Sequence record: LC788710.1
Origin: Escherichia coli phage Wa28
DNA: 64,000 nucleotides
Reading direction: 5' to 3' (one strand)
Shown here: piece after piece, positions 32,457-42,137 of the stretch
Layout: each line of letters starts with the position of its first letter
How positions within the stretch are numbered: position 1 is the first letter of the stretch
The notes under the pieces: model-generated
What the model saw: the letters and a program-made list of their open reading frames with translations, nothing else
Database searches by the model: none
Told to the model about the DNA's origin: nothing
Program-made: the position numbers and the translations under genes

Positions 32457-33458
32457 ATGTCTACTGTAAGAATTGCAGTACCAGCAAACGCCACTATTAT
32501 TAATGGTAGTTTGCGCAACCTGCTAGATGGTAGTAGTGCGGCAAGCGTACAACATACCGCTACTATTGTAGAAAAGATTCACGATGAAATTTTAGACAAT
32601 AATGATACTCATTATTCAGTTGATGATTTCACGCTATTACTAGACCAGACAAGGGCGCTAGTAATTTTCAACCGTGATTATCACATTTTCCGTAATAGTC
32701 GGGGAACTGATATTGATTTTATCATTGTTGGTTATAGTGAGTCTCATAGTGGTTACATTGCGCGATTATATAACGTGCAAGAAAAAGAGCAGGTAACAGC
32801 AACAAAAGTAAATAATATCAGACTGGATAGTGTCGGATCGTTATTAAATAGTATCTGGCGTGAATTATCATCCAGTTATAAAGGTGCTGATAGTGACGCA
32901 ATCGAAACAACTGGCGTATTGTGTTTTGAACGCGCTACGGGTAACATGTTGATTCCTAATGATTATTTAGAGTATGGGAATGAATCAAACGTTGCAAACG
33001 CTGGATTTACACTTCTCCCGCTTGACAATGTAGCAAAACAGGCTGTACAATCTCAAACTTCAAGCGCAAATGCGCAAACTACTGAAAATAAAGGAAATAT
33101 TATGTCTAAAGTATCTTCTATCGTTGCCGCTAATAAATCCGCCGTTATTAACGCTGCTAAACTGGAAGCGGGTAAAATTGCACTGACTCAAATCACAAAA
33201 GTAGCGGCGAAAAAAGCGCCGTTTATGATTAAAGGGTATATTGATACGCCGATTGGTCGTGTAGTGATCGCTAACCTGCTGAGTGTAGCGGTTGACCAGT
33301 ACGCCCCGACTAACCAGAAAGCGAAAGCGGTAGCAGGCGCGGCAATGGAAGCGGCAATGTTGGAAATGGTACAGAGTTTCAATATTGCTGAAATGATCGA
33401 TGAAATGGTAAAAGGCATTGACATTTCTACCTTTACCCAAAACACCGAAACAGAATAA
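32457..33458 (+). CDS. hypothetical protein (first gene of opposite-strand block)
   Basis: 333 aa ORF with Shine-Dalgarno GAGGGAG upstream. Confidence 0.5.
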   Translation: MSTVRIAVPANATIINGSLRNLLDGSSAASVQHTATIVEKIHDEILDNNDTHYSVDDFTLLLDQTRALVIFNRDYHIFRNSRGTDIDFIIVGYSESHSGYIARLYNVQEKEQVTATKVNNIRLDSVGSLLNSIWRELSSSYKGADSDAIETTGVLCFERATGNMLIPNDYLEYGNESNVANAGFTLLPLDNVAKQAVQSQTSSANAQTTENKGNIMSKVSSIVAANKSAVINAAKLEAGKIALTQITKVAAKKAPFMIKGYIDTPIGRVVIANLLSVAVDQYAPTNQKAKAVAGAAMEAAMLEMVQSFNIAEMIDEMVKGIDISTFTQNTETE

Positions 33459-33467
33459 TAATTACTA

Positions 33468-33497
33468 GCGGGGATTATTCCCCGCTTTACTATTTCC
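33468..33497 (+). terminator. rho-independent terminator
   Basis: palindrome GCGGGGATTATTCCCCGC followed by T-rich tract. Confidence 0.55.
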
Positions 33498-33524
33498 CTG
33501 TTAATTGTTAGGAGACTAATTATT

Positions 33525-33836
33525 ATGCAACTGAACCAAACCATGTTGGCGCAATTAGCCGAAAAAATGCCGAATAGCCCACACGTTAATTATTCAGATG
33601 ATAAAAGCAATATTCCTGTATGGGAAAAGCAAGGGCGTCCCTTTTTATGGGAACATGTAGAAAGCGCTAATAATTATCATGCTTTCTTTGATCGTGGTTA
33701 TGGCTGGCTATGTATTTTTGTAGGTGAAACTTTGCTGGATTATGGAATGGATGAAATAGTCCGTGATGACGTAATTTTCTTGAATAAAGGATTTTACGAT
33801 GTAGCAAATTCTCTTTATTTCCCTGTTAATTGTTAG
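33525..33836 (+). CDS. hypothetical protein
   Basis: 103 aa; preceded by conserved leader TTTCCCTGTTAATTGTTAGGAGACTAATTA. Confidence 0.45.
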   Translation: MQLNQTMLAQLAEKMPNSPHVNYSDDKSNIPVWEKQGRPFLWEHVESANNYHAFFDRGYGWLCIFVGETLLDYGMDEIVRDDVIFLNKGFYDVANSLYFPVNC

Positions 33837-33846
33837 GAGACTAATT

Positions 33847-34341
33847 ATGTCAGAAGAAAAATATGGCTTTTCGCTAGAAAGTGTGAATGAAGCTAAACAC
33901 GATATGATCGTTTTAGTTGATTGTCATACTGGCTATTGCGGGGAGGGCTGGACGGAGGAACATTTTGTTCCCGCTGGCTGTGATCTGGACGCTTTCGCAA
34001 ACGAACACGCATATGATAATGCTTCTCGTTTCGGTAGCGATGGGGAAGAAGATGAAGAAACAGGGGAATGGATTGAAAATGATAATGTTTATGCGAGTAT
34101 TTATCATTATCAATTGAGTAAATCCGGTATTTATGTAAATGGCGGCGATCCTATTAATACCGTTATGAAACTAATTATTAAACACGGTGGCGCGGAAATA
34201 ATTGGTAACAAGGCGTTATTATATGCAAATCGATTAAAACAGCTTGTTTATATTCCTGATAATTCCCGTTGGGATGAATATGCCGTTTTACAGAAAGAAC
34301 TAAAACGCTGTTTCGGTGTGGAAGCATTAGAAATAGTCTAA
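33847..34341 (+). CDS. hypothetical acidic protein
   Basis: 164 aa; same conserved leader/RBS as previous gene. Confidence 0.5.
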   Translation: MSEEKYGFSLESVNEAKHDMIVLVDCHTGYCGEGWTEEHFVPAGCDLDAFANEHAYDNASRFGSDGEEDEETGEWIENDNVYASIYHYQLSKSGIYVNGGDPINTVMKLIIKHGGAEIIGNKALLYANRLKQLVYIPDNSRWDEYAVLQKELKRCFGVEALEIV

Positions 34342-34355
34342 TGTAAAGTTTTGTA

Positions 34356-34383
34356 AAGGTCGCCTATTATGGCGACCTTTTTT
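34356..34383 (+). terminator. rho-independent terminator
   Basis: 10-bp stem AAAGGTCGCC/GGCGACCTTT then T-run. Confidence 0.7.
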
Positions 34384-34448
34384 GTTATAATGCCTTTACA
34401 CCGAAACGGTGGGTTGAAAATTTTCCCTGATTTCTAGGAGGCGTTAAA

Positions 34449-34676
34449 ATGGTACATTCATCATCTTCTGCAATTTTTAACGGTATGGAATGGGTATCCG
34501 TTCCCGCTATTGTCAGCGTTATGGTTTCTGAGTTCGGCATAGGTAAAACTTATGTTACCATTCAGGGGCTTTACGACAATGACAAGATTGACCAGCAAAC
34601 CGCCGGATTTTTGCTGGATGAATTGAAAGCTAACCATTGCACTAAAAAGCAAGCGGCAAAAATTGTTTTAATGTAA
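34449..34676 (+). CDS. hypothetical protein
   Basis: 75 aa; RBS TCTAGGAGG. Confidence 0.4.
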   Translation: MVHSSSSAIFNGMEWVSVPAIVSVMVSEFGIGKTYVTIQGLYDNDKIDQQTAGFLLDELKANHCTKKQAAKIVLM

Positions 34677-34874
34677 TTATTAAAGGGGGTATATTATCCC
34701 CTAATTTCTAGGAGCTAATAAAATGGTTATTTTTCGATCTATTCTGGCTAGTATCTTGGGCGCTATTTTATCGCTGTTTGTAATAGCTTTCGGCGTTCAC
34801 GTGGTTATTATTGGAGCAGGTATCGCGGGGTTTTCTTACTTGTTAGGCTGTATGACTGGTAAAGGGGAATAAAA

Positions 34875-35087
34875 ATGTTAAAGAATGTTTCCCTTGCCCG
34901 TTCCAAAGGTTTTAAGCTGGTGGATGTTAACACGTTCGAGCGTCCAGATTGTAAAATTGAATATGTAGCACGCAACAAAAATGCTTTCCGTGTTACAGAA
35001 AAGAAGTTTGACAAGCGCGGCAATTTGGTAGCCGAAACGATTAAACACTTTGCCACCTTTTACGCTGCATTTCGTGGGGTATTATAA
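34875..35087 (+). CDS. hypothetical protein
   Basis: 70 aa ORF. Confidence 0.4.
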   Translation: MLKNVSLARSKGFKLVDVNTFERPDCKIEYVARNKNAFRVTEKKFDKRGNLVAETIKHFATFYAAFRGVL

Positions 35088-35193
35088 TGGAAAGGGCAAT
35101 TGTTAAAATGTTAACTTTTGTTTGTGGCGTGTCTAGTGCTGCAATGTTGATCACGCTAGTGATTATGATTATCCGTGACGCGAGGATCTTTTA

Positions 35194-35538
35194 ATGGTAA
35201 TTTATGAGGGCAATCGCTTTATTACTAATTGCCGTCCGGCATTATTAGCAAACTATTTAAATCAGCTTTCACCAGTTTATAAAGGCGTAGTTAATATCTA
35301 TGAGGGCAAAGCACATTATAAAATTTCTGCCGTTGTCGCCCGTGAACTAGCGTTTCAATTTTTAACTTTTGGGTCTTGTGACGTTCAGGTTATGGGGGAA
35401 GCGTTAATAGCGGAAAATGAAAATGAATTTATTGACATTTTCCGCAAAGTATGTACGGAGCGCCTGATTATGAAAGGCGCATATATTCAATCAACCGCTG
35501 AAAGTATTGAAACAGCGTTTCGAAAGGTGGCGCAATGA
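35194..35538 (+). CDS. hypothetical protein
   Basis: 114 aa ORF. Confidence 0.45.
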   Translation: MVIYEGNRFITNCRPALLANYLNQLSPVYKGVVNIYEGKAHYKISAVVARELAFQFLTFGSCDVQVMGEALIAENENEFIDIFRKVCTERLIMKGAYIQSTAESIETAFRKVAQ

Positions 35539-35735
35539 CTAAAGATGAAGCACTAGAAAAAATGAAACAAGGTTTCAAAGTTAGTAATCAATATTTTACT
35601 AGCGATGAATTTTTGTACATGAAAGAAAACGGCGTGATCATGTCAGAAGATGGTTACAATTTTAATGATTGGTTTTTCAATATTCGCAAGGGGGAGGAAT
35701 GGAAGCTAGACGGTTGGAGCGTTTACCGTGAATAG
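35535..35735 (+). CDS. hypothetical protein
   Basis: 66 aa; start overlaps previous stop (ATGA). Confidence 0.4.
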   Translation: MTKDEALEKMKQGFKVSNQYFTSDEFLYMKENGVIMSEDGYNFNDWFFNIRKGEEWKLDGWSVYRE

Positions 35736-35861
35736 CTGGTGGCGAAAAACACAAAGCCATAAATCTAATAATACCGCTGGGAAACATTCCCAGCGTTTAC
35801 GATTTGGTAATGGCTTTACAATGATATTGATAATCATTCTCATTCTAGGAGCGATGGCGTT

Positions 35862-36056
35862 ATGAGTGATAAAATTGTTGTAACTAAAACTACTGTTACC
35901 GTTGATACTTTCTTTGTGCCTGATACGCTGGAAAATCGGCAAGCGGTGGAGCGTGGCGATTATGATAAAGTGATTTATGATAACGATGGTTACTACCAAC
36001 ATTTGGTAGACTCCTACGGCGAAAGCGAAAAGATCACACATCGACTACCAGACTAA
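35862..36056 (+). CDS. hypothetical protein
   Basis: 64 aa; RBS TCTAGGAGCG. Confidence 0.4.
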   Translation: MSDKIVVTKTTVTVDTFFVPDTLENRQAVERGDYDKVIYDNDGYYQHLVDSYGESEKITHRLPD

Positions 36057-36179
36057 TAATAACGGGGCGCAACTATCTGCCCCCTTTTCTGGCCTCCTCC
36101 AATTTTGCCCTTATTAAAATACCTCCTCCAAAAATAAACGCGTTAGAATGCGTTACAGAGCGTTTAAAGGCTATATTAG

Positions 36180-36320
36180 ATTATTCTCCTACTGGAATAT
36201 ACTGTATATTTATACAGTAGAATAACCTGTTAATAAGTCTGTTGATAACGCCTCAAAATCGCTAGGATTTTGTCAAGTCAAATCATGCTGTTAATAAACC
36301 TGTGGATAACTTAAATAGCA
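36180..36320. repeat. right copy of inverted repeat with near-consensus LexA-box-like palindrome and DnaA boxes
   Basis: TACTGTATATTTATACAGTA at ~36196; TGTGGATAA at ~36301; reverse complement aligns to 32100-32220. Confidence 0.7.
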
Positions 36321-36480
36321 GTGTTTCTCACTTCCCTTTCTAAATGCGAATCATTATCATTATGCAACTCATTCGCATTCAATTCTGTAAATGATAACCA
36401 TTCTCATTCCACTTTCTAAACGCGAATCATTATCATTCGCATTCAACTTTTTAAATGAGAATCAATCTCATTATCATTCG
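36300..36480. repeat. AT-rich imperfect palindrome repeats (GCGAATCATTATCATTCGC family, about 4 copies)
   Basis: direct reading. Confidence 0.7.
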
Positions 36481-36521
36481 CATTTCGGCAGGCAGGGCAT
36501 TTTCATTTTGCCCTGCGCTTT

Positions 36522-37123
36522 TGTGCAAATCCGACATTGCTCCACGGGTGTTACGTGCGGGCGTGTATGTGCGAATCCGACAATTTTTGGTAGTGTGCAA
36601 ATCCGATGGGAAATATTTTTATAGTGTGCGAATCCGACAATGAATTTTCCTAAAAACTCCAGCAATCCGCAACTGCGATGCAATCCAGCTGGATTTACTA
36701 GAGTATGTGCAAATCCGACAAGTGTTAAGGTGTGCGAATCCGATAAGATTTTTGTGATTTCGATTGGAGGGTGTGTGATTGTGTGGGTTTGGGGAGAAGT
36801 TGAGAGAGTGAGAGAAAATAAGGGTAGAAACTGGAGTGGGCAGCATGGGTGGCGTGAAACGCCTGGTTTGCTGCGTTTTTGGGGATAATGCGGGATGTTT
36901 TGGCTAGAATTGAGATTAGGGGAGATAAAGCGAAATTTTATTAGCAAAATGGGGCAAAATCGCTTGACAAGTGAAAATTCCTGTGGCTCTAAAAAACTCA
37001 GGCAAATATGGGCCTTCGGCCCGAAATAATGCTGCTATTTTCAGTGTTCCTAAAAACTTTGGAGACTCCTATCAATGTGCAAATCCGACCATAAATTTCT
37101 AGAAACACAGTGTGCAAATCCGA
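36522..37123. repeat. direct repeat array of 14-15-mer GTGCRAATCCGAYA (about 9 copies, irregular 30-45 bp spacing); candidate injection-stop-signal-like region
   Basis: copies near 36522, 36568, 36595, 36626, 36706, 36731, 37077, 37110 plus a degenerate one near 36666. Confidence 0.75.
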
Positions 37124-37285
37124 TAGCAATTTCCAGAAATGTGTTTTGGAAAAATGTCTCCTAGAAATAACCGCCCTCCCTATAACCGCCCTGTATTAAA
37201 CCGCCTATTGCTGGAGTTTCTAGGAACATGAAAACCGCCTGAGTTGGCGAGAGTTTTCCTAGAAACTTAGGAGTCTACTAGAAAG
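37085..37285. repeat. palindromic TTYCTAGRAA motif, about 6 copies
   Basis: direct reading (tttctagaaac, ttccagaaatg, ctcctagaaat, tttctaggaac, ttcctagaaac, tactagaaag). Confidence 0.6.
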
Positions 37286-37587
37286 TGTTGTGCTATCCTA
37301 GCAGATGAGCGGCAACAGGTGTATCATCTTGAACATTAATTTATCTATTCAACAGTATTAGTTTTTATATAAGTATAAGATCCCCAGGGGATTGTGAGAG
37401 ATGCTCCACCCCTGGGATACGAATTGCGTGAGATGGTACAAAACTTCTGAAGATTTCCCTAGCCCTCCGACAAGCTACGGGGAAATAGAAGTTTCCCATC
37501 CACCATCCGTATCCGGGTGGATCTCTTTATTCTATGTTATTTCATAGAGTTATTATAACATGCAGAAATCATAACGTCAAGTAGAGT

Positions 37588-38478
37588 TTATTCATCGAAC
37601 ATGAGATTTCCTTTCATCCCCATCTCCGCATACTCCATGAGTTCTCCTAGGGATCTCACAGGGTAATCTACTTTACTGAAGTTATCATAGATCTTACATG
37701 AACTCTCGTACAACTCGTTAGGTATCTGCAATTTGTTATCAGTTAGCTTCTCATAACGTGTAGAAGATTTTGTACCTTCAAACAGAACTGCAATAACTGC
37801 GGCGATTTGTTTGGTAAGATCATCTGCTCCTAGAATTATTCTATTAATAGCAATCGTTACTTCATGCTTAGGTTTCACAGGTGGAAGGATAGGCTTGAGA
37901 TCCTTAGGTAAAGGTTCTGTTCCTAGGAATCCTTCTTTTGTGCGGAACCAATAATTATCTAGATCAGATATTGTCTTAGACTTATTCCATATAGTGAAGC
38001 AAGGTTTATTTCCTTCACGATCTCTGTATTCACGAACTGGAAGATAATGATCAGGGAATGAGTTGAGTGCATCATGCATTGGTGAGCCTGTCTTTTTAAA
38101 TGACAAACCGTACAACTCATTATAATTCATAACTTCATCTTCATAAACATGGAAATCTTTATATGCTGGAAGATTAAACCATTCCTGAAGTGAATGAACT
38201 GCAAAACGTTGTGCCCAAGCATGCATCACAAGAACTCTGTACTCTTTTACTTCATCTTTTGGAGAAGTACCTCTAACTGTTCTAGCTGACCGAATACAGA
38301 ACATCTCAACAACACGTCTCTCGTTTAAAGAAAGCTCAGAGTAACAACGTTCATGGCAACCTTCTAGCATTTCTAGAAGTTCACGTAGTTTCTCTACATC
38401 GACCGGTGGAAAAGGTCTCTCTTCCACCGCGAATTTACCAACTACACCTTTCGGCTTTCTATTACTATAAAATCCCAT
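37588..38478 (-). CDS. hypothetical protein
   Basis: 296 aa ORF. Confidence 0.45.
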   Translation of the reverse strand: MGFYSNRKPKGVVGKFAVEERPFPPVDVEKLRELLEMLEGCHERCYSELSLNERRVVEMFCIRSARTVRGTSPKDEVKEYRVLVMHAWAQRFAVHSLQEWFNLPAYKDFHVYEDEVMNYNELYGLSFKKTGSPMHDALNSFPDHYLPVREYRDREGNKPCFTIWNKSKTISDLDNYWFRTKEGFLGTEPLPKDLKPILPPVKPKHEVTIAINRIILGADDLTKQIAAVIAVLFEGTKSSTRYEKLTDNKLQIPNELYESSCKIYDNFSKVDYPVRSLGELMEYAEMGMKGNLMFDE

Positions 38479-39089
38479 TAACGACCTCTAGCCTTATCTG
38501 CATCAATAGCTTCGAATACTTTCGTTAACATTTCTTCAAGCTCACCTTCTTTGCTAGGATTGCTCAAACGAATAGTATATGAGTTCCTAGAAACTCCTGA
38601 GTCTTCTTGTGCTCCGCGATCTTTTGCAAAGCCCATCATTGCAACGCCAGCTTTATTCCACTCGTCTACGCTAGATGCTTCCCCAAATTTATATGATTGC
38701 GTATTGCTTACCACGCCACCACAAGGAACATTGTGCATATCCGACATTAATCTTTTATCGGAATTATTCAGCATTGCGATTGGTCCCGACTGCCACGGAT
38801 CTCGAATAGTCACTGGAGTACTCGGGCGGTTCACTTCAGTCTTCACGAGTTTGTATCCAGCATCGATTAGTGCATTAATCAGATTATCAGCCGGGATACG
38901 AGCCGTGCCAAAGATAGCACGAGCATTCATAAGCTTAGCCTGAAATTCCTTGCAACCTTGAAGATCAGTGTGCAAAAACGACAGTTGCATAGATTTAAAC
39001 TGTACTGTAGCAGTCAGATCTTTAAAGCTGTAATCCCATGTGTCGAGTTCATGATCTGCAACTACTTTAATGGTTTGTTGTGTAAACAT
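38478..39089 (-). CDS. hypothetical protein
   Basis: 203 aa ORF. Confidence 0.45.
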   Translation of the reverse strand: MFTQQTIKVVADHELDTWDYSFKDLTATVQFKSMQLSFLHTDLQGCKEFQAKLMNARAIFGTARIPADNLINALIDAGYKLVKTEVNRPSTPVTIRDPWQSGPIAMLNNSDKRLMSDMHNVPCGGVVSNTQSYKFGEASSVDEWNKAGVAMMGFAKDRGAQEDSGVSRNSYTIRLSNPSKEGELEEMLTKVFEAIDADKARGR

Positions 39090-39273
39090 TATTTATTCTC
39101 CAGTTTATCTAACAGCTTACGAGCTGCGATATTGTGTTGTTTAATTTCTCTGTTAAGAATCTCGTTCTCACAGTTTAACTCTAGATTCTTAGTATTAAGA
39201 CGACTGCAAATCAGTATCAAGCCTAGAATAGTTAAGAGTGAACCGCCCAGTAATATAAGAAGTAATGTTTCCA

Positions 39274-39507
39274 TTATTTGATTCCCATGTAACGTTTAAG
39301 ATAAACAATGAAGTCTTCCGGTGCATGCTCTAGGCTACCTTGAGCCACGAATAACTTCAGAGCTTCACGTTGTAGTTTAAGAGTCGCCACCTCGCCACGT
39401 AACTTTGTTAGATCCTCTGCTAATTCTCTGGCTCTACGCATAATAACGAAAGATACAAGTATTACTATGAATAACATAACTACTAAGACGCTTGCTACAA
39501 TTTCCAT
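39274..39507 (-). CDS. small membrane protein
   Basis: 77 aa; N-terminal TM helix then coiled coil. Confidence 0.35.
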   Translation of the reverse strand: MEIVASVLVVMLFIVILVSFVIMRRARELAEDLTKLRGEVATLKLQREALKLFVAQGSLEHAPEDFIVYLKRYMGIK

Positions 39508-39717
39508 TAGTTACCCCAAATTAACATCCAACTCTTATCAAAGTTAGATACTCTATTAATTAATTCGCCCATAGAAATGTTATTGTTGTCTATGGCTTCT
39601 TGTACAAACTCTTTACCGAAATCATCTACTAGGTATTCTGTACCATTTATAATAATCTTGTAGAGAGCTGGGACTAAAGGATGTTGATGATTAAGAGGAC
39701 TCTCGTTAACAATTATC

Positions 39718-40260
39718 TCATTCTTTCCCCACGTCGTCTTGAACAGTTTGTGAGAGAGTAGAGCTAAGGGGTTTGACCAGACTACGTACTCCATCTTTCT
39801 TTAACTCCTGTTTTAACTTTTGATCTTTATTATACCAAATTATGTGCTCACCGTCAACTACAAATTTGTGGAAAGGTGCTGGTACGGTGTACACTCCATA
39901 TTCTGTTAAGCGTGTCACAACTTTATGTGCACATAATCGGCAACCATGTCCTTCTAAGTGAGACCGTGCAGTTTGCAAGAAGTAACCATCATGATCTGGA
40001 CAATAGATCTCAACTTGCTGTTGCATAGTTCTATACTTAACTCTCTCGTATCCAAAGAACTTACCATGTGCTTCTACAGCTCTCCTGATAAAGATTAGAT
40101 TAAGTGCATCTTGCTGGAAGTCTGGATGAAGTTGTTTGAGTTTAATTCTATTAATAGATCCATCTGATTTAGTGAATCTATTTATGGGAAACTGTAATGC
40201 TTCCTCATAAAGTAATTCGTTTATTTTATCTCTCATAGTATACACGAAAGGCCAGAACAA
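39718..40260 (-). CDS. hypothetical protein
   Basis: 180 aa ORF. Confidence 0.4.
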   Translation of the reverse strand: MFWPFVYTMRDKINELLYEEALQFPINRFTKSDGSINRIKLKQLHPDFQQDALNLIFIRRAVEAHGKFFGYERVKYRTMQQQVEIYCPDHDGYFLQTARSHLEGHGCRLCAHKVVTRLTEYGVYTVPAPFHKFVVDGEHIIWYNKDQKLKQELKKDGVRSLVKPLSSTLSQTVQDDVGKE

Positions 40261-40281
40261 TTAAGTCCTGGCCTCTAGAAA

Positions 40282-40734
40282 TTAGGTAGCGTCAATGCTC
40301 ACTAAATCCGTTATAAATTCACCTGATTCCATAGGGATAGAGATCGCAGGGTCACATTCACAGGAGGTTATCCATTCGTCCCATTTACTATCAAGTAAAG
40401 AGATAAAGCTATCAGGACTTCCTCTTTCTTTATACCTAGCTAAATATTCTTCTTTTAGCTCTCGTTCTGGATAAAGCAAAATAAAATCTATTCCAGCAGC
40501 ATGAAGAGCATCTCGTACTTCTTTATGGCTAGAAACTAAGATCAGTTTACCTTCTTCTATAGCTTGTGAAATGTGCTCAATATAGTTTGCTGGAAAGTTA
40601 TCCTTCGGGAACTTAGAAGAATCCGAATCTAGTACACGTGGAAAACACTTAGTGAAGTAAGTCTTACCGCACCCTGGAAAAGCAGATATAACATTAAATT
40701 GCATAATTATTTCCTTAATGAAGTTGCTTGCCAT
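40282..40734 (-). CDS. P-loop NTPase-like protein
   Basis: 150 aa; Walker A-like AFPGCGKT. Confidence 0.4.
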   Translation of the reverse strand: MASNFIKEIIMQFNVISAFPGCGKTYFTKCFPRVLDSDSSKFPKDNFPANYIEHISQAIEEGKLILVSSHKEVRDALHAAGIDFILLYPERELKEEYLARYKERGSPDSFISLLDSKWDEWITSCECDPAISIPMESGEFITDLVSIDAT

Positions 40735-41164
40735 TTAAGGCCATATCAGCGGTTTCCAGAAGAGATTCAGTAATCTCACGAGAAACTAGATATTCATCAA
40801 TTGAGTGGCGGCGTTTGCAGGCATAAGCATTAACAATCAGATCTAGAGCACCAAGAACATCATGAATAGTTACTTCTTCATCCTTGTCTAACTCTTCTTT
40901 GGTAATCTCAATTAACTGGCCAACTGCCATTAAAAGCCCAAGAATATCTGCTGTTTCGCCTGCCACCAGCGGATTAGCACATCCTACTGTAAGATCGAAA
41001 GCATGATTGACAATTGACTGCCCATCAACGCTTCCTTCCTCAATCTGCTTCTCCAACTGCTTCATCTGCTCTAGCACTGGATTTTTCTTTTGTGTCATGG
41101 TAAAGATTTCCTGTATCAGTTGGAAGGAATGCCGATTGTGCCTTCGGCGGATGTTGTTTAGCAA
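40715..41164 (-). CDS. hypothetical protein
   Basis: 149 aa ORF; true start may be internal Met. Confidence 0.35.
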   Translation of the reverse strand: MLNNIRRRHNRHSFQLIQEIFTMTQKKNPVLEQMKQLEKQIEEGSVDGQSIVNHAFDLTVGCANPLVAGETADILGLLMAVGQLIEITKEELDKDEEVTIHDVLGALDLIVNAYACKRRHSIDEYLVSREITESLLETADMALNGKQLH

Positions 41165-41507
41165 TCCAGTTGAGGATCAGTACACGGCTAGGAACGATAT
41201 CGGTATTATACCAGAAATCATGAACCCAATGTCGTGCATTTTCAAACTTACCGAACTTATACGCTTTCTTGAACAGCTCAAAACCAAAACAGTCAGGTGC
41301 AAAATCTACATCACGATAAGGAATTACCTTAGATCCGGTGAGATCTTGAATCGCTGCGTTAATCTCTGTATGCGAGAACTTCGTTTCATGGAAAGTATTA
41401 AAGAAGCGGTAATTAAAACGTCCGTTCGTTTCGACAAACAACTGGATGAATAAATCATTAAATTGGCCATCAAACCAGTAATTCTGTAATCTTTGCAGTG
41501 CTGTCAT
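41040..41507 (-). CDS. hypothetical protein
   Basis: 155 aa ORF. Confidence 0.35.
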   Translation of the reverse strand: MTALQRLQNYWFDGQFNDLFIQLFVETNGRFNYRFFNTFHETKFSHTEINAAIQDLTGSKVIPYRDVDFAPDCFGFELFKKAYKFGKFENARHWVHDFWYNTDIVPSRVLILNWIAKQHPPKAQSAFLPTDTGNLYHDTKEKSSARADEAVGEAD

Positions 41508-41804
41508 TTACGAACCCCATTTATTGCTGCGATAACGCCTTCATACATGAAAGGAAGAACTTGTGAAATGTGGAAATCTTGGACTGTCCAACCAGCTTCT
41601 TGATACATAATGTTAATGATTGCACAACTTAACATAAAAGCTGGTAGAATTATAAAGTAATCCCACGTTGCTTTCTGCAAGTTAGGGTTATAAAAATTAA
41701 TCATCTGTTTTTAAGTCTCCGTATTACTTTGGCCTGCTCAACGATTATGAAAGCGGCAACCACTAAACCGAAGATTAGGATTGCCGTAACAGTTGTTAAA
41801 TCAA

Positions 41805-42137
41805 TCAAGGCAGACGCCAAATATAATGGGCTGTCCAAAGTGTTTCTGGTTCATCGTCATGATGCATCACTAGGGACTCTGGAGAATAACTATTAGCCAG
41901 TTCTTTACGAACCATCTCACGTTCTTCGCCAGTTTCAATATTTTTAACAATCACTTTCATATTAAGAGGAGTTAGCTCAGAAAGTGGTCGCCATAAGTCT
42001 TCCAGATCTGTTTTAGTTTTATTCTGGATGGATTGCAAGACTTCTAGTGTCTGAGGATCTACATTAATAAACCCACGTTCAGTAACAAAACCTAGAAACT
42101 CGTCCAGCAGGGTTAATTCACTAAAATTAAGCTTCAT
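41805..42137 (-). CDS. hypothetical protein
   Basis: 110 aa ORF. Confidence 0.4.
   Translation of the reverse strand: MKLNFSELTLLDEFLGFVTERGFINVDPQTLEVLQSIQNKTKTDLEDLWRPLSELTPLNMKVIVKNIETGEEREMVRKELANSYSPESLVMHHDDEPETLWTAHYIWRLP

Noticed and set aside
32196-36215. Whether the LexA-box-like palindromes are chance matches in AT-rich DNA
   Set aside because: Not rejected outright. A 19/20 match to a 20-bp consensus occurring in both copies of an inverted repeat is unlikely by chance, so it is kept as a finding, with the caveat that only binding data or a weight-matrix score can settle it.
36522-37123. Possible CRISPR array suggested by the repeated GTGCAAATCCGACA units
   Set aside because: Repeat unit is only 14-15 bp, spacing is irregular (30-45 bp), copies are degenerate, and no cas genes are present. 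It fits a protein-binding repeat array or phage boundary region, not CRISPR.
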